36,578 nt of DNA from contig NW_014040475.1 of assembly GCF_001186125.1 (NCBI RefSeq), forward strand, positions 14,771-51,348, read 5' to 3'. This document shows positions 23,512 through 35,693 of the stretch, in pieces. The position numbers were made by a program, and so were the translations under genes. The stretch's first letter is position 1; each line of letters starts with the position of its first letter. Source of the DNA: Sphaeroforma arctica JP610. Taxonomy: Eukaryota. The notes beneath the pieces were generated by a model. That model saw only the letters and a program-made list of their open reading frames with translations. It did not search any database and had not been told where the DNA came from.

Positions 23512-25359
23512 GTCACATTAGTATCCAAGATCGGCACAAAGTCACCATACTTTGACCAAAAACTAACACACCCTGCAGTGAACACTGCGTCCATACACAT
23601 CACGGACAATTCCGCCGAGCTAGACACAATCAAGTATGAAGACTGAGCCACGCTCATAGCTCAACACCGCACAGTAGGTCACTAAACTGTCGATGAAACA
23701 GTAAACAAGCTCACACTAGATGGCCACACATGGTCTAGACAAAAGGAACATGTCAACCAATATATTGAGGGCTGTGTGCTCTGTCTCAAAAACTAAATTC
23801 ACAAAAAGGGATTCCACCCTTTACAATCAATAACGGCCGCATTCCCGGGCGACAGGATACAAGTGGACACCATCGGTCCCTTGATAGACTGGAATAGGGG
23901 CAACACATACGTTCTGGTATGGCTTGATGTACATTCTTCATATGCCATACTAAGACCGATGATGGACAAATCGGCAGCCACTGTTGCACGAACACTAGTT
24001 CCAATCATGCGTGAAGATGGATATCCACCAGTCATACAGACGGATCAGGGCACAGAATACGTGAATGACATACTCTCAAAATCATTGAGCAGGCACCGTT
24101 ACAACACTTAGTGTCCAGACCGTATCAACCCAAGGTAATGGGAGCAAATGAACGCTCACACAGAGACCCCATTCCTTTACTACGGAAATTTGTTGAACAA
24201 AATCCAGGCAACTGGTGCTCACGCCTCCCATTTGTCCAAATGGGCCATAACCTCCGTTCATCACGCAGACACAAATCACCAAGGTTCAATGTCTACTATG
24301 GGCGACGACAAAATCAACTCACCAACTATGACACAACAGTCAGTGCACCAGGTACAACAATACCATGGGAAACACGACTACAGCATCTAGAGGAGTCAAT
24401 ACGACCACAACTAGACGCCAATGTAACACAATATCAAGAGAAAATACGTTCAGCATTTGATCGCAAATACCAAGAGAAGTATGTACACTTCCAAGAAGGG
24501 GATAAGTGATGGTTCGCTTCCTAGGTGAAATGAATAAAATGACTGCAAAAAATGGAGGACCATACAAGACAGCAAGCAAAGAGGGCAACGGATATTTCGT
24601 CCGTAACCTTGATGGAACTCGTGCCCCCGAATATCCCAACTCAGTCAATGATGAGTTAATTGGTTTAGTCAAGAAGGCTAGCGAATCCGAGGAATTTACT
24701 ACCAACAATCAAGTCCAACCATCAGAAGTAACTCAATTCACCTCTATACTAGACCACAGAGAATCCACAAGAGGTGGAGGAACCCAGGATTAACTACTAC
24801 AATGGATAGATGGGGAGCGCACATGGACACATGAATCAGACATCGCAGATCCAGATATTCTTACGATATACCGACAGCGTAAACGACGCAAGCGAAGGCC
24901 ATCAAGGTCGAAGAAGTCAACAGCAACCAGCACTGATGAACGATCAGCGAGCAACTGGCAGTGCACGAGGCGGGGAACTTACCCAACTTTCACTGACACC
25001 AAAGAACTCTCCCACTTTTCTCACCTTGAAGCATGCTCTGCCCACACACCAGAGGGATAAGGACCAAAGACTCGGTTGAGAGCCACCGTTGAGATGCGTT
25101 TTCCTAAGCCAAGTTGAGATCAACCGAGAGCACAGGCCAAGACTGACTCCGATGAGCGTGATAGAGTACTCCTGTTATTTAGTATAAATTAATTTACTCA
25201 GTAATATGTTAGAATGGTTAATAGCGGCAGGTTTTTCATCTTATGCCCCCTAAGGGACAAGTTTTTCCTTGTACAAAAACACCAACCTCTAGATAATCTA
25301 GTCCTATAAGATGTCACTTTTTACTCCTACGCAGGCTGAGAAGCATAAAATTGAGGAGA

Positions 25360-25692
25360 TGTAGCATCCAGGGGCCAGAATATCAGAAAAGCCAATCCTA
25401 AACCCAAAACCCAGGATCATCAAATACTGAGTTTTGGATCTATGATCCATTATTTCTGATGATAGAGTGATCAGAAATATAGCGGGATTACCGGTAGATG
25501 ATACCGGGACTCCCGCGTGTGAGAGAAACACTTAAGCAAATATTGAATCTAGTGTAGAAAATACTAAACACAAATAAAGACTCAATGCGGGTCCTTCAGC
25601 CTAGGACTTTACCTAGCCTGTAGGATTCGCACTTGAGAAGAGGTCTATCGTTTCTTCTCGTCGTATCTTATAAGCTATTCTCAAACTCTACA
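25360..25692 (+). repeat. Family B1 3' LTR
   Basis: TGTAGC...CTCTACA, directly after the PPT. Confidence 0.92.
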
Positions 25693-26654
25693 CCACCTCT
25701 TCGCATTTTCATCCGTTTTCGGGATATACTAGTGCGGTACAAAGTTGACTTTGGTGTGCCTCATGTATCTGACATTAATTTCATCTGGGGACACTGTGAC
25801 TGTAGAGCCTGGTAGGTTGCGATGTACGTCAAGAGATACGTTCGCGTTGGTATCTAAGAGGTCTGCAACTCTCAGAAACCTTCTTGTTCATGCTCTGGGT
25901 CTTCCTCATGTGGAGTGAGTAGTGATTCCCATTTTGCATCTATTGATTTAAGTGGATTTACTAATCCTGCAATGTATATACCTATGTATGGAAGGATGTC
26001 CATACCTAGATGTATTGGTGCCTTCTTGTCTGGTAGATCCAACACTTCAAAACACTGACAGCTTTTCTTCCTTCATAATTAATGTTACATACTTGGGGTG
26101 GATAATAGGGTTTTTTAATCCTCGCGTCTGTTTATGCTAGTTGTATGTAGCTCGGTTGCTGTCTGACTGAGATATATAGTTCAGTTACTATGCTCTTGTC
26201 CATACATAATCGTTGTGAACCTCGGTCTACTAGGGCGTTGTATGTGTTGCCATTGATTCGTATGTCAATGTGTAGTCTTTGCTCTCGTGGTGCGGGAAGT
26301 GAGGATAAAGGCTGGCAAAACGTCTGGCCTGACACCCAGGTCAATCATGTTTGTTTCCGCCCACCACTTGTTTCAGGACTCATCGCTATCTGTTATCTCT
26401 TCTATCTTCCCGGAGGTATTGGATAGTCTAGCTACTTGCACATCGTTCTGGACACGCTCCTTCACCTTCTTGTTCTGATCTGATGCCTTCATAGGACATT
26501 GACTAAATCGATGTGGGGCTGGTGACACCACACAATGTCGCCCCTTTCTTCTCTTGGGGTTGTCCTATTAGTTTGGGTTGTATTGGTGTGCCATTTTCTG
26601 GATTGTGACGTTTGGTTGTATAGGTGGTGGCGTTCTGAGGCTCACTGTGCGTGG
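25693..26654 (-). pseudogene. Gypsy B2 gag end, protease and RT N-terminus
   Basis: HCVVSPAPHRFSQCP; PREQRLHIDIRINGNTYNALVDRGS; KVNFVPH, collinear with B1 at about 20000-21045. Confidence 0.85.
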
Positions 26655-29600
26655 TGTGGTCAGATATACTCAATAAGGTTTATTAGGTAATTTGAGGTTT
26701 ATTTTGAGAAACGACATAAACCCAGTTTAGGGTTTATGATCAAATTTGTACACATGTCAAATAATAGAAACAATGGTTGATTTATTATTCAATAAAAGTA
26801 CAACGTATCCCCGTGTATGAGGGGAGTACGTTGAGAAACTGTTATCTTTGCGTATTTGACTGCATTTTTAACAAGCTTACTAGTTGCACTTTATTGGAAG
26901 TAAAGTTAGAACCGTCATAGTATAAGGAAGACTGAAGAATGTCTTACATTTTTTTCGCTAAGATTCGAGAATCAACATTGAGACGATGGGTGAACCCACC
27001 AATGGGTCGCATGAGAAGCGAAAATATATCAACAGGGCCTTTCGAAGCAGACCAACAACTGAAGAGTGAGGATAGCGGGTTTGACAGTAGTGAGCCGAGC
27101 TTGCCATCTTTGTTGTCAAACTCGGAGAGCGAGCCTGAAGATGGTGAAGAAGATGAGGACCACACGAATAAAGAAGTAATCCAAAAACGGGAATCACGTA
27201 ATGAAATACACCGACCAATGAACATGGGACAACAGAGATTGGGAAGATGGTATATGCACAATATCATTAGAAGAGAAAGGATATATGAATATGTAAATAA
27301 GCTTATCCGGCGTCAAGACGAACCACTAACACCATTAAGACGAGCAGCAAGTGAATCTGGAATAACGGCTATACGCGGACATGAACATGACGAAGGAAAG
27401 AATGATGAGCAATCAACATGGGGATTATATACCGAACAAGGTACGTCTCTATGGACATGGAGGAGAAGTGACACGTTACGTTAAGATATAGGCAGAATTA
27501 AGTATGAGAGTGGGTACCAATGTAAACGTGTATGTATTGATAGTATGAGTACACGGAGTAGTGTTACATAACGAGCGGCGCAGGATCCTCATGGTCCTGA
27601 GGCACTAGATAACCGACGTGAGAGATTGTCCGGAGTGATCTATTCGCAGCAGCAGAATCAACGATTCGAGGCGGACGCAATTGCGAGAATCGTTGCTGCG
27701 GCAATCATCGCTAACAACTCCAACGACACCAGTGAACCCAATGCCGGTTAATGACAAGGAGTCTCGTCCAACACTGGAAAGTATTGTGGCGGACCGCCAA
27801 GTACTTCACGCGCGGATGCTTAGACTATCCGAGGAGTTGTGTAGAGCAGTCGAGGCGGATGATTTACCACGGGCCGAAGCCCTACGGGGGGGTACTAGAA
27901 AACTTTACAAGCTACACATGAATCTCGCCCGGTAACCTAGCATGAGCTTTGGGAACCGAGAAGCTGGCCATAATGACCGTCGAATAGATACCAACTACAC
28001 AATGCCTTGGAGCGAGACACTAAGGAAGCCCTTTTGGAGGCGTTGAAGAACGCGCAGATCTCGGGGTAATTTTATAGGGTTCGTAGCCATTTCAAGGCTG
28101 AGCAGTCCACCTTGGATTACATTATGTCCAACCACCAGCGGTTAGTATATTTAACACCGGGGATACAAATAACACAGATTTGTTCTCACGAAACTCATGC
28201 CACAGTCGACCTTACGTTCCGTAAGTTGGCGAAAGGACACTCTCGGGTTTCCAACATACCAATTATGGAACAGATGAAACAGCTCATGGAGAATCACAGA
28301 CGTGCCCATAAACGCAGCCAGGCAGATGCAGAGTTCAAGCAAAGTCGTTATTGGAAGATTCTCTTGGCTCCCGAACCTATAAACGGACACTACAACTACA
28401 CACCAACTGGCACTTGATGGAGACCGACGAATTGTTGCAGCTTCTTAGCCCAGACATTCAGGAGGCACAGACGAGAGCCACTGCGCGGATGTCAAACCGT
28501 CGACCCCACAACAACGATCACCAACGGGGGGACACACAGTTGCAGCGTGCGACACAGACAGCCACCAACCATGGTAACAACGTACACCAACGTCGAGCCC
28601 AACTACGACATGTGGCGGGTGCCAGGCACAGGCGCCACCAGGATTACGGCATATCCCTCGCTGTCACAATTATAAGGCAGCGACACAGGACAACCGTGTC
28701 CAATATCAGTTGAACGGTCGCATGTTCCGAGCCCTAGTAGATTCGGGCGCAAACATAAGCTGTATATCGCAGGCATCCGCAGAGGCACTAGGCCTACCAA
28801 TTTTCCCGGCTCGTCCTGATTCATATATATACCTGGCGGCGCGCACTCGGCGACTGGGGACGACGGAGGTTATACCAATTAGATATAGAACGTCCATAAC
28901 GAAAGGTTCGTTAGAATTGATGAATCTGCCAGTAGGAATCGACGAGATCAAAGGGGTGGACATCATTCCTGGATTGGGACTATACTTAGGTGGCCTACAA
29001 TCACCATTGGCTCCTCGGCGACAAGCTCCGGATCTAACCCAGCCTGAAGGCATACGCACGGAACTGAAATCAGTCCTGGAGGTGAACGCGGCGATTACTG
29101 ATAGTACACACTGCCGGTTGGAAGGGAGTGAGGTAGCCATACCGGTTTCTCGAGAACAGGCGATGAATATGCGGCGATCAATGAGGAACTTCGTGTCAGA
29201 CCGGTGAATACCATATGTAGAAGAACAGGTACAGAGCAAGAGATATTGCACAACATTAGACATCATCTCGGCGGCATATCATCGTCTACCGATTCACCCA
29301 GATTCGCATTACCTGTTCAGTTTCACATATGGACGCCACCAGTATTCATTTACGTCGGCGCCATTTGAATTACACGTCTTCGCCCAACAGTTCCAACGAA
29401 CCTTGAGTACAATATTGGACGCCTTCCCGTGCAGCATTATATTGACGATATAGTGATAACAGGAGATGACTACGAAGAACATATAGCTACGGTTAAGGAG
29501 GGGATACGCCGACTCACAAATCACAGCTTCAAGTTGAATCCGGATAAATGCCACTTTGCAATCGGGGAGGTTATGATCCTAGGAAAGAAGGTATCGGCAG

Positions 29601-30208
29601 CGGGTATTGATATCGATTTTGAGAAACAGGCGAAGCTGTTGGATTGGCCGACACCGCAGCGCTACAAGGATAGCATCGGCGTTAGGGTTGGCGAGCTTTT
29701 TACACGAACATCTTCCCAATTTTGAGCACATAGTGGCGCCACTCCGAGAATTCTGCAAGTTGAAACCAAACGAGTTGATTGGATCACGTTGGGAATCCCG
29801 CCACGCGGAGGCGTGGACGGCTAAGAAGACGGCGATTGACAATGCGGTAGCCTTACACTTTCCCGTGGAGGATATACCTCTTAATCTGGAGACGGATGCT
29901 ATTGACTATGACATCGGGGGAGTGCTGTTCCAGTGGGTCGATGAGAAGAAGCACTATTTCATGTTTTTCAGTCGCTCAACCAGGCACAACAGAACTATAC
30001 GACGCCAATAAAGGAACTTTTGGCGCTGGTCTATAGGCTAACCCACTTTCGGGGATTCCTCGACGGACAGCGTTTTGCGGCTTTCACGGACCACAAGGCG
30101 TTAGTTTACATGAACACGCAGTTGAAGTTGAACCCCATGCTCCAGCAGTGGCACGACATAATAGCCCCGTTTAATTTCACTATATCGCATATACCAGGAG
30201 GGGGGGGA

Positions 30209-31538
30209 ATGTACTGTCCGCGAAGGGACAGCGGAAGGTGGCGCACCGGAAGTATTCTACGCCGACTGCTGGCAGCTGTTTCCGAATTACTTTACGCAAG
30301 CACAGAAGATATTCGCCCCCAATGACGTGGACGTTATTGTGCACGATAGTTGGGGTATCGGTTTAAATAAGGTTTGCGATATTCCCTGCGGTCAGAGTAG
30401 ACGCGCGGTCTGGATCTGCGATGCTTGGATCGGCAATCACGAGCAAGGTGACCTGGTTTGCTACAATTAAAGCACTTTCGTTCTGCTGTGGCCGAAAGTG
30501 CTCTCTCTCCTCCTCGATTCTCTGTATTGGAGGCCGATGTTTGGATTTCCTCCATATCAAATTTTCGGAGATATTCGCAGAGCTCCTCGTAACTCATGAC
30601 GTCAGTATCAACTGTGTTGAGATGAGTTCTTGCTGCTTTAAAACGTTCATTGAGACCTTCCTTCAAGACGGTCTACAAGACGGTGGAGCCTCGCGTTTCT
30701 CCAATTCCATTTTCTTCAAATTAATATCACCAATAAAGGCCTCCAGAGTTTCGTTACTCTTCTGTGTTTTTGCCCAGAGCTCCTTTCTCAAACGGCCGAT
30801 TCCTCCCTGGGTGTTAATCTTAAACTTGGTTTCCAATGCTTTGAAGAACGCGTAGGGTTCCTTCATGATATGGAGTAAACCCTGTTGAAGTCGTCGAGAG
30901 ATCGTACGATAAATTGGCTCAGACGCGGCTCCACGATCCTCTTGAGTAAATGTTTCACGTTGAGTCTCATAGTAGTCGTCGGGTGGTGTAGCGGCTTCGA
31001 TCAGTTGTAGGCGACCCTGTTTCATCAGGATCATATCCAATTGAGCTTTCCATTGGTCCCACTGGATCGGCTTATCCAAAATCATTAGTTTAATTTTTGG
31101 TTTCAAATCGAAGCTTGTCATTCTCAGAGTAGAGGTAAAACGGACCTAATAAGTTATTGTTCTCAGATATTAAAGTATCTTAAAGTGTTTTAAGTTTTAA
31201 GTGAATAGTTCTCATTTATTTGATTCGAGTCCCTGCTTTTATATACATTGGACTCGTAATCCTTGAGCCATTGAAAAACACCTCTTAAGGTGAAAAAGGT
31301 TCTCACTTAATATATGATCCAATCCAAAGGCGGCGTCGCCACGTCTTCAACTGATCGTGGCTTCCATTGTAATCTTTGGCCTTATACGTTTAGATTGTAC
31401 TCTTCTGATATTTAGGGATGCCCTTATGCCCATCAGAGATTTTCTATAATGATGATTCCGTACTCCCGGCACTTCGGCTCCGAGATTAATTTACATCGGT
31501 AATATTTCTGTGTCACTCTCTGAGTTTAGATTCTCTCC
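30209..31538 (-). mobile_element. gag: Ty1/Copia fragment: 5' LTR (about 31155-31538), PBS and frameshifted gag with CCHC knuckle
   Basis: ORFs 30663-31121 (WDQWKAQLDMILMKQG) and 30334-30666 (CFNCSKPGHLARDC); PBS ACTTATTAGGTCCG (31141-31154); boundaries approximate. Confidence 0.82.
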
Positions 31539-31599
31539 TTGGTTGATGCTGGAATAAACCTTGTTGAGCCTCCGGTGTTTGACCGTAGTTTTATGCTTG

Positions 31600-31795
31600 G
31601 TAAATAGTTCTGGTTTACTGTGATCAATAGACGTGTTTGCAACACCGGGGGATGTGCAACTACCTCGATTCTGGACATATGGCGAGCAGGGAGGTGCCTT
31701 TCGGCATAATTGGGCGTTGATTAACGGATGGATGAATCCGCCCTGGAAACTTGTACACAAGATGTTTCGGTAGATCAAGTCCGATGGCGCGTCGT
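31600..31795 (+). pseudogene. Dam-like methyltransferase domain, family C copy (not in the ORF track)
   Basis: Manual translation from 31624: SIDVFATPGDVQLPRFWTYGEQGGAFRHNWALINGWMNPPWKLVHKMFR*IK (NPPW 31735-31746). Confidence 0.85.
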
Positions 31796-32991
31796 ACGAA
31801 TCCTTTCAAAATCGGTTAGGATTTGCCGAGCCCCGGTATTTACCACGACCTCGTTCTCTGGACACGGCACGAGATATCTCAATAGCGGTAACCAGTGCGG
31901 AGGCTCAGTCAGCGTTTGTCAATGCGTGACCGGAAGAATAACAACGACGCACACAACTGACCCAAGCCCAACACGAGCAAGGACACCATGACGCGACGGA
32001 CACAGTGACACAACTCCAACAGAATGGCCACGTATGACCGGGGGCACTGGAGTTAGCAACTGAAGCTAAGCGACAGTGCAGTGCGTGCTTGGGTCAGGTC
32101 ACACTGAAGAAGGGGGTTCAACTGTTGGTCAGTATAGACGCTAGTTATCCGTGGGACCACATTCAAGTAAATTACATCCCAATGCCTATTGTCTGCAGTC
32201 GGAAGAACAAGTACGTTCTCCATGTTCTAGACATCGCATCCGGGTATTCGATCCTACGCGCCACACCTGACATATCAAAGGAAACCACAGCGCAGACGTT
32301 GATTGCAATTTTTGGAGAACACGGGTTCCCCCGGAAGATGCAGTACGATATGGGTACTGAATTTGTTTATAGTGTAGTGGCGCTCATTGTTCGGGAGGTT
32401 GGGATGATGCACGAAATCTCACCACCATACCGACCCCAAGTACTAGGGGCCACGGAACACCGACACAAGGAGATTTTCCGATCAAATCAGATCTGCTGTG
32501 AGACTACGCCCCAAGCTTGGAATGAGCGACTGCCATTTACGATGCTTCACCAAAACCTTCGCGTGTCTCGCCGACACAAAAGTGCTCCTTTCAGCGTATA
32601 TTTTGGACGCCGCCATGTCCCTTCGCGGATTTTACCGACAATATCCCAGAGAATCAGCCAGTTACGAATGAGACGTGGGCTCAACGACTCGATCGCCTCC
32701 AGGATAATATCTTAACAACGCTACATAGATTGACGATGCGTTACACAGATACTTTGACGAATAATTTCGACCGCCTCCATGCAGATGGTTTAGTGCACTT
32801 TGAGGAAGGCGACGTGGTGATGGTCAAATCGGAAGGCGGCACATCCAAGGCAATGCGCCCCCTATGTCGTGAAAGGCTGGAATTGACAAGGGCACGATCT
32901 GTCTCATAGGGATGGTTCGACTCCGAATTCAAGGGTCGTCCGGATAGGGTTGAACTGATCCGTTTGGTATACCGTAGTACCGATCCCCCGC

Positions 32992-33210
32992 TTGACGAGA
33001 GTCTGTGGTGCGATGACGGTTCAACGTTTTCGACATATCATTGAACATCGGGTTAATGATGACACGGGCAAGACGGAGTATCTCGTACGATGGCGCAAAG
33101 GGGATCCTACCTGGGAAATGGCAGAGGCGCTTGACGATGCTAATGACATCGTGGCATACCATAAGGATACACAAACACGCTCCCGCAAGCGCCGACGAGA
33201 AGCGGTGTAA
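32992..33210 (+). other. Chromodomain at the C-terminus of the family C integrase
   Basis: FRHIIEHR...GKTEYLVRWRKGDPTWEMAEALDD. Confidence 0.9.
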
Positions 33211-33242
33211 CAAGTAAGGTTATATATTGTTATTATTAACCT

Positions 33243-34200
33243 ATTCTTGCTCACTTTCTTTTTGTTTTGTCTTCACTGTCCATATAGACCGTTTATTTAT
33301 GGGCCCTTGGTGTGTCCTTCTGTAAATTCCTATCGAATCAGGTGTCAAGCTAATCGCATGTTCTGTCTAATTCCTGTAATTCTTGACCATTCTTGCTTGA
33401 TTAGCTAGTCTAACAGCCCATAAGAAATTACGATTTTAAGATTGATGCCTCGGGTGTGTGCTTCGATTTGATCACATATCAAGCCCTCATAGGAAAAAAG
33501 TATATACTCAACTGTAATCTTGTTTATTTCTTTCTAAATCCACGATGATTGTGATCTTGTGTTGTTTACGCAATTCGTGCCCATGATTAAGAATTATGTG
33601 TGCTCTTTACTCCTTCCAGATGTATCTCTATATCGTTCTCTTTACTTATGACTTATGTATTGTCACACTGAGGCCTACGTGATTGCTTCTTCAACATGTG
33701 TTATTGGCGACTGCTTAAATTTGATCGATCTCTGTGCGACCTCGTATTTGAAATGCTATATATTCTACTCTCATACGATGTGTATCCTTTCTTGGTGCAG
33801 TATGCCGTTGTTTTGCAATTGTTTTGGGTACGACTTGTCCGTTGCCGGTATATGCTCCTGTATTGCACGCCTTTTGTATATCACGTTTTCATGTATTGTT
33901 GCATGCTTGGTCTGATCGATCTCTGCCATCTGCCTTTGTGTTGCTACAATTCTGGCTAATGTATGGTTTATGTTGGCTCGGATTGCCTTTGTATTGCAAA
34001 AGTTGCAGACACTACTTGTTCCATACCTTTTCATGCACTTCTATTTCATTAATTTTGGGCACTACGTGCCCTTTCGTGACTCAGTGTGTTTTACTTTTAT
34101 GATTGATGCTTCTTCGATGTGAACTTATTATCGTAATATGTCGCCTAATAGCCAACTGTTCTCTTATTAGGCCTTCTTTGTTTTTTATACAAGTTCAATG
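33243..34200 (-). mobile_element. Gypsy B2 5' leader, second (inverted) copy
   Basis: 33243-33542 is the reverse complement of about 73-357; the A-rich minus strand continues to about 34200. Confidence 0.65.
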
Positions 34201-34527
34201 GCATACCAAAGGACAGTGAAGGCTCCACAAAACAAGTCAAACGACCGAGACAGGGATCACGTGATGATGGCAGCAATGAGGTCAATACCGCACGCGTGTA
34301 AAAGGGATGCGTCTTTGTTTTTATTTTGGTGATTGGTGGAAAGCATTGTCAAGCATTGTCCGGTTAGAGAACCTTGTTCCGGCACAAGCATGACCATCTG
34401 GCTGTGTCTGTTAAAAGACCGGACATGAGGATCTAAAACACACAAATAAAAGAACTCAGTGAATTAGGGGGGTCTGGCAGTGGTTCAAAGGCGGATCAAG
34501 ACTACCTAAAATACACCAAGTAACTGT

Positions 34528-35200
34528 TGTAAAATCAGCGGGTTCCAATAGTAGAAGCACATGTTAACGTATTTTATGAACGTAATAACGTTTAAACGCT
34601 ATTACGGTTATGAAAACGGGTATACGTTGAAACGCAATTGTAGATAATAGTATCTGTATAATAATCAAATAATCTAATTATAGATATGTTGAATTTACAG
34701 AAAACAAACAAACAAATAATCTAATTTAGATATTGGGAATTAATTGTATATTCCATCAGAATATTGGGATACATTACAGGGTGAGTCTCAGGTGATATTG
34801 ACACTTGATGACACATGTATTACCAAATACTCTCAGCGCGAGATAGCCTACTGAGAAATGGGGCATAAAAATGATCCCCCTTAGCCGGCCAACTAGATGT
34901 GCCCGTCTATGCCTTCAATGGGATGGAGAGCTAGGTACCATGTGATGGTGTATAGGTATAGACATTTAACTGTACCATCATGGTGTTTTTGATTTCTTTT
35001 CTTTTTCTTAAGTTGAACTTTGAGTTATTTTATTGGTAATTGCGATTGGAAGGTAATTTCGAGGCATGAAATGGTATAGAAGAAAATATCATGCATCCAA
35101 TGAAATGAAATCCGATCTTAGTTACTGACACCGAATAAATCTAGACCGAAGTATTGTGTGATTAGAGCGGAGCCATAAAGACAATAGTCTCAGGCTTACA
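34528..35200 (+). mobile_element. Probable diverged family-A-related LTR
   Basis: TGTAA...TTACA ends; the start and the internal GCCAAC-T-AGATGTGCC-C-GTCT resemble LTR A; no TSD. Confidence 0.4.
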
Positions 35201-35693
35201 TCCCCTAATCTTTAGCTCATTACCAAGGGCTGAAGCTAAACTAGAAATTACATTGTGAAAATTTAATTTAAAATCTTACTTTTCTTTTACGTTAACTTAT
35301 TGAAACTAAATTGAAACTGATAGTCAGCCTGGTTAGTCTGACTTTTACATAGTACTATCCTAAATACTCTTTTGCCCGAAATAAATGCGCATTTAGGGAC
35401 AAGAAAGACCCCAATAACAACATCATCGCATCCCATTGCAGCCTGTGCATATAGATTAACAACATACGCAGTAGAGAACGCGGTACAGTTCAAGCTCGCA
35501 TCCAAACAATTGAAGCACAGTCTAATTCGTAGATCAGTAGCCGAGTTCATGGCTCGGGTATGAACACCAACATCGTGCATTGGTACAACGGCATGTATGT
35601 CAATAAATACCTTTTGAATCAACGTGTGATGGCCACAATCCAAATCGCGTGCATTTATTGTATAGCCCCGCCTATGCAGCGCCTTGTGTTTAA

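Larger units (their letters stand above)
20480..24900 (+). pseudogene. pol: Gypsy B1 pol: PR, RT, RH, MTase, integrase, chromodomain, with stops and frameshifts
   Basis: ALVDSGA near 20530; LDLTGGFHH; VYVDD; NDASDYGIGG; IDLFAA...NPPW; IQVDT...TDQGTEY...ANERSH; ILDHRE...LLQWIDGERTWTHESDI (chromodomain, about 24735-24870). Confidence 0.92.
7724..25692 (+). mobile_element. Gypsy family B (B1) near-full-length chromodomain element carrying nested insertions
   Basis: 5' LTR 7724-7737 plus 9315-9631; leader; gag; PR-RT-RH-MT-INT-CHD; PPT AAATTGAGGAGA; 3' LTR 25360-25692. LTRs are roughly 90-95% identical by eye; no matching TSD found, so it may be a composite of two copies. Confidence 0.75.
26655..33240 (+). 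mobile_element. Gypsy family C chromodomain element, decayed (5' LTR 26655-26864, gag, PR, RT, RH, MTase, INT, CHD)
   Basis: LTR TGTGGTCA...TGACTGCA; RALVDSGANISCIS; HYIDDIVI; ETDAIDYDIGG...TDHKAL; integrase ORF 32089-32715 (YDMGTEF, PYRPQVLGATE); chromodomain. Confidence 0.9.

Noticed and set aside
25140..25180. Hammerhead ribozyme in the conserved 3' UTR
   Set aside because: CTGACGA appears only in the B2 copy and there is no suitably placed GAAA core.
7720..25696. TSD for the B1 element
   Set aside because: Flanks TTTG and CCAC do not match, so a single clean insertion cannot be confirmed.
35287..35643. 118-aa ORF downstream of the zinc-finger gene
   Set aside because: Non-ATG start and no recognisable motif.
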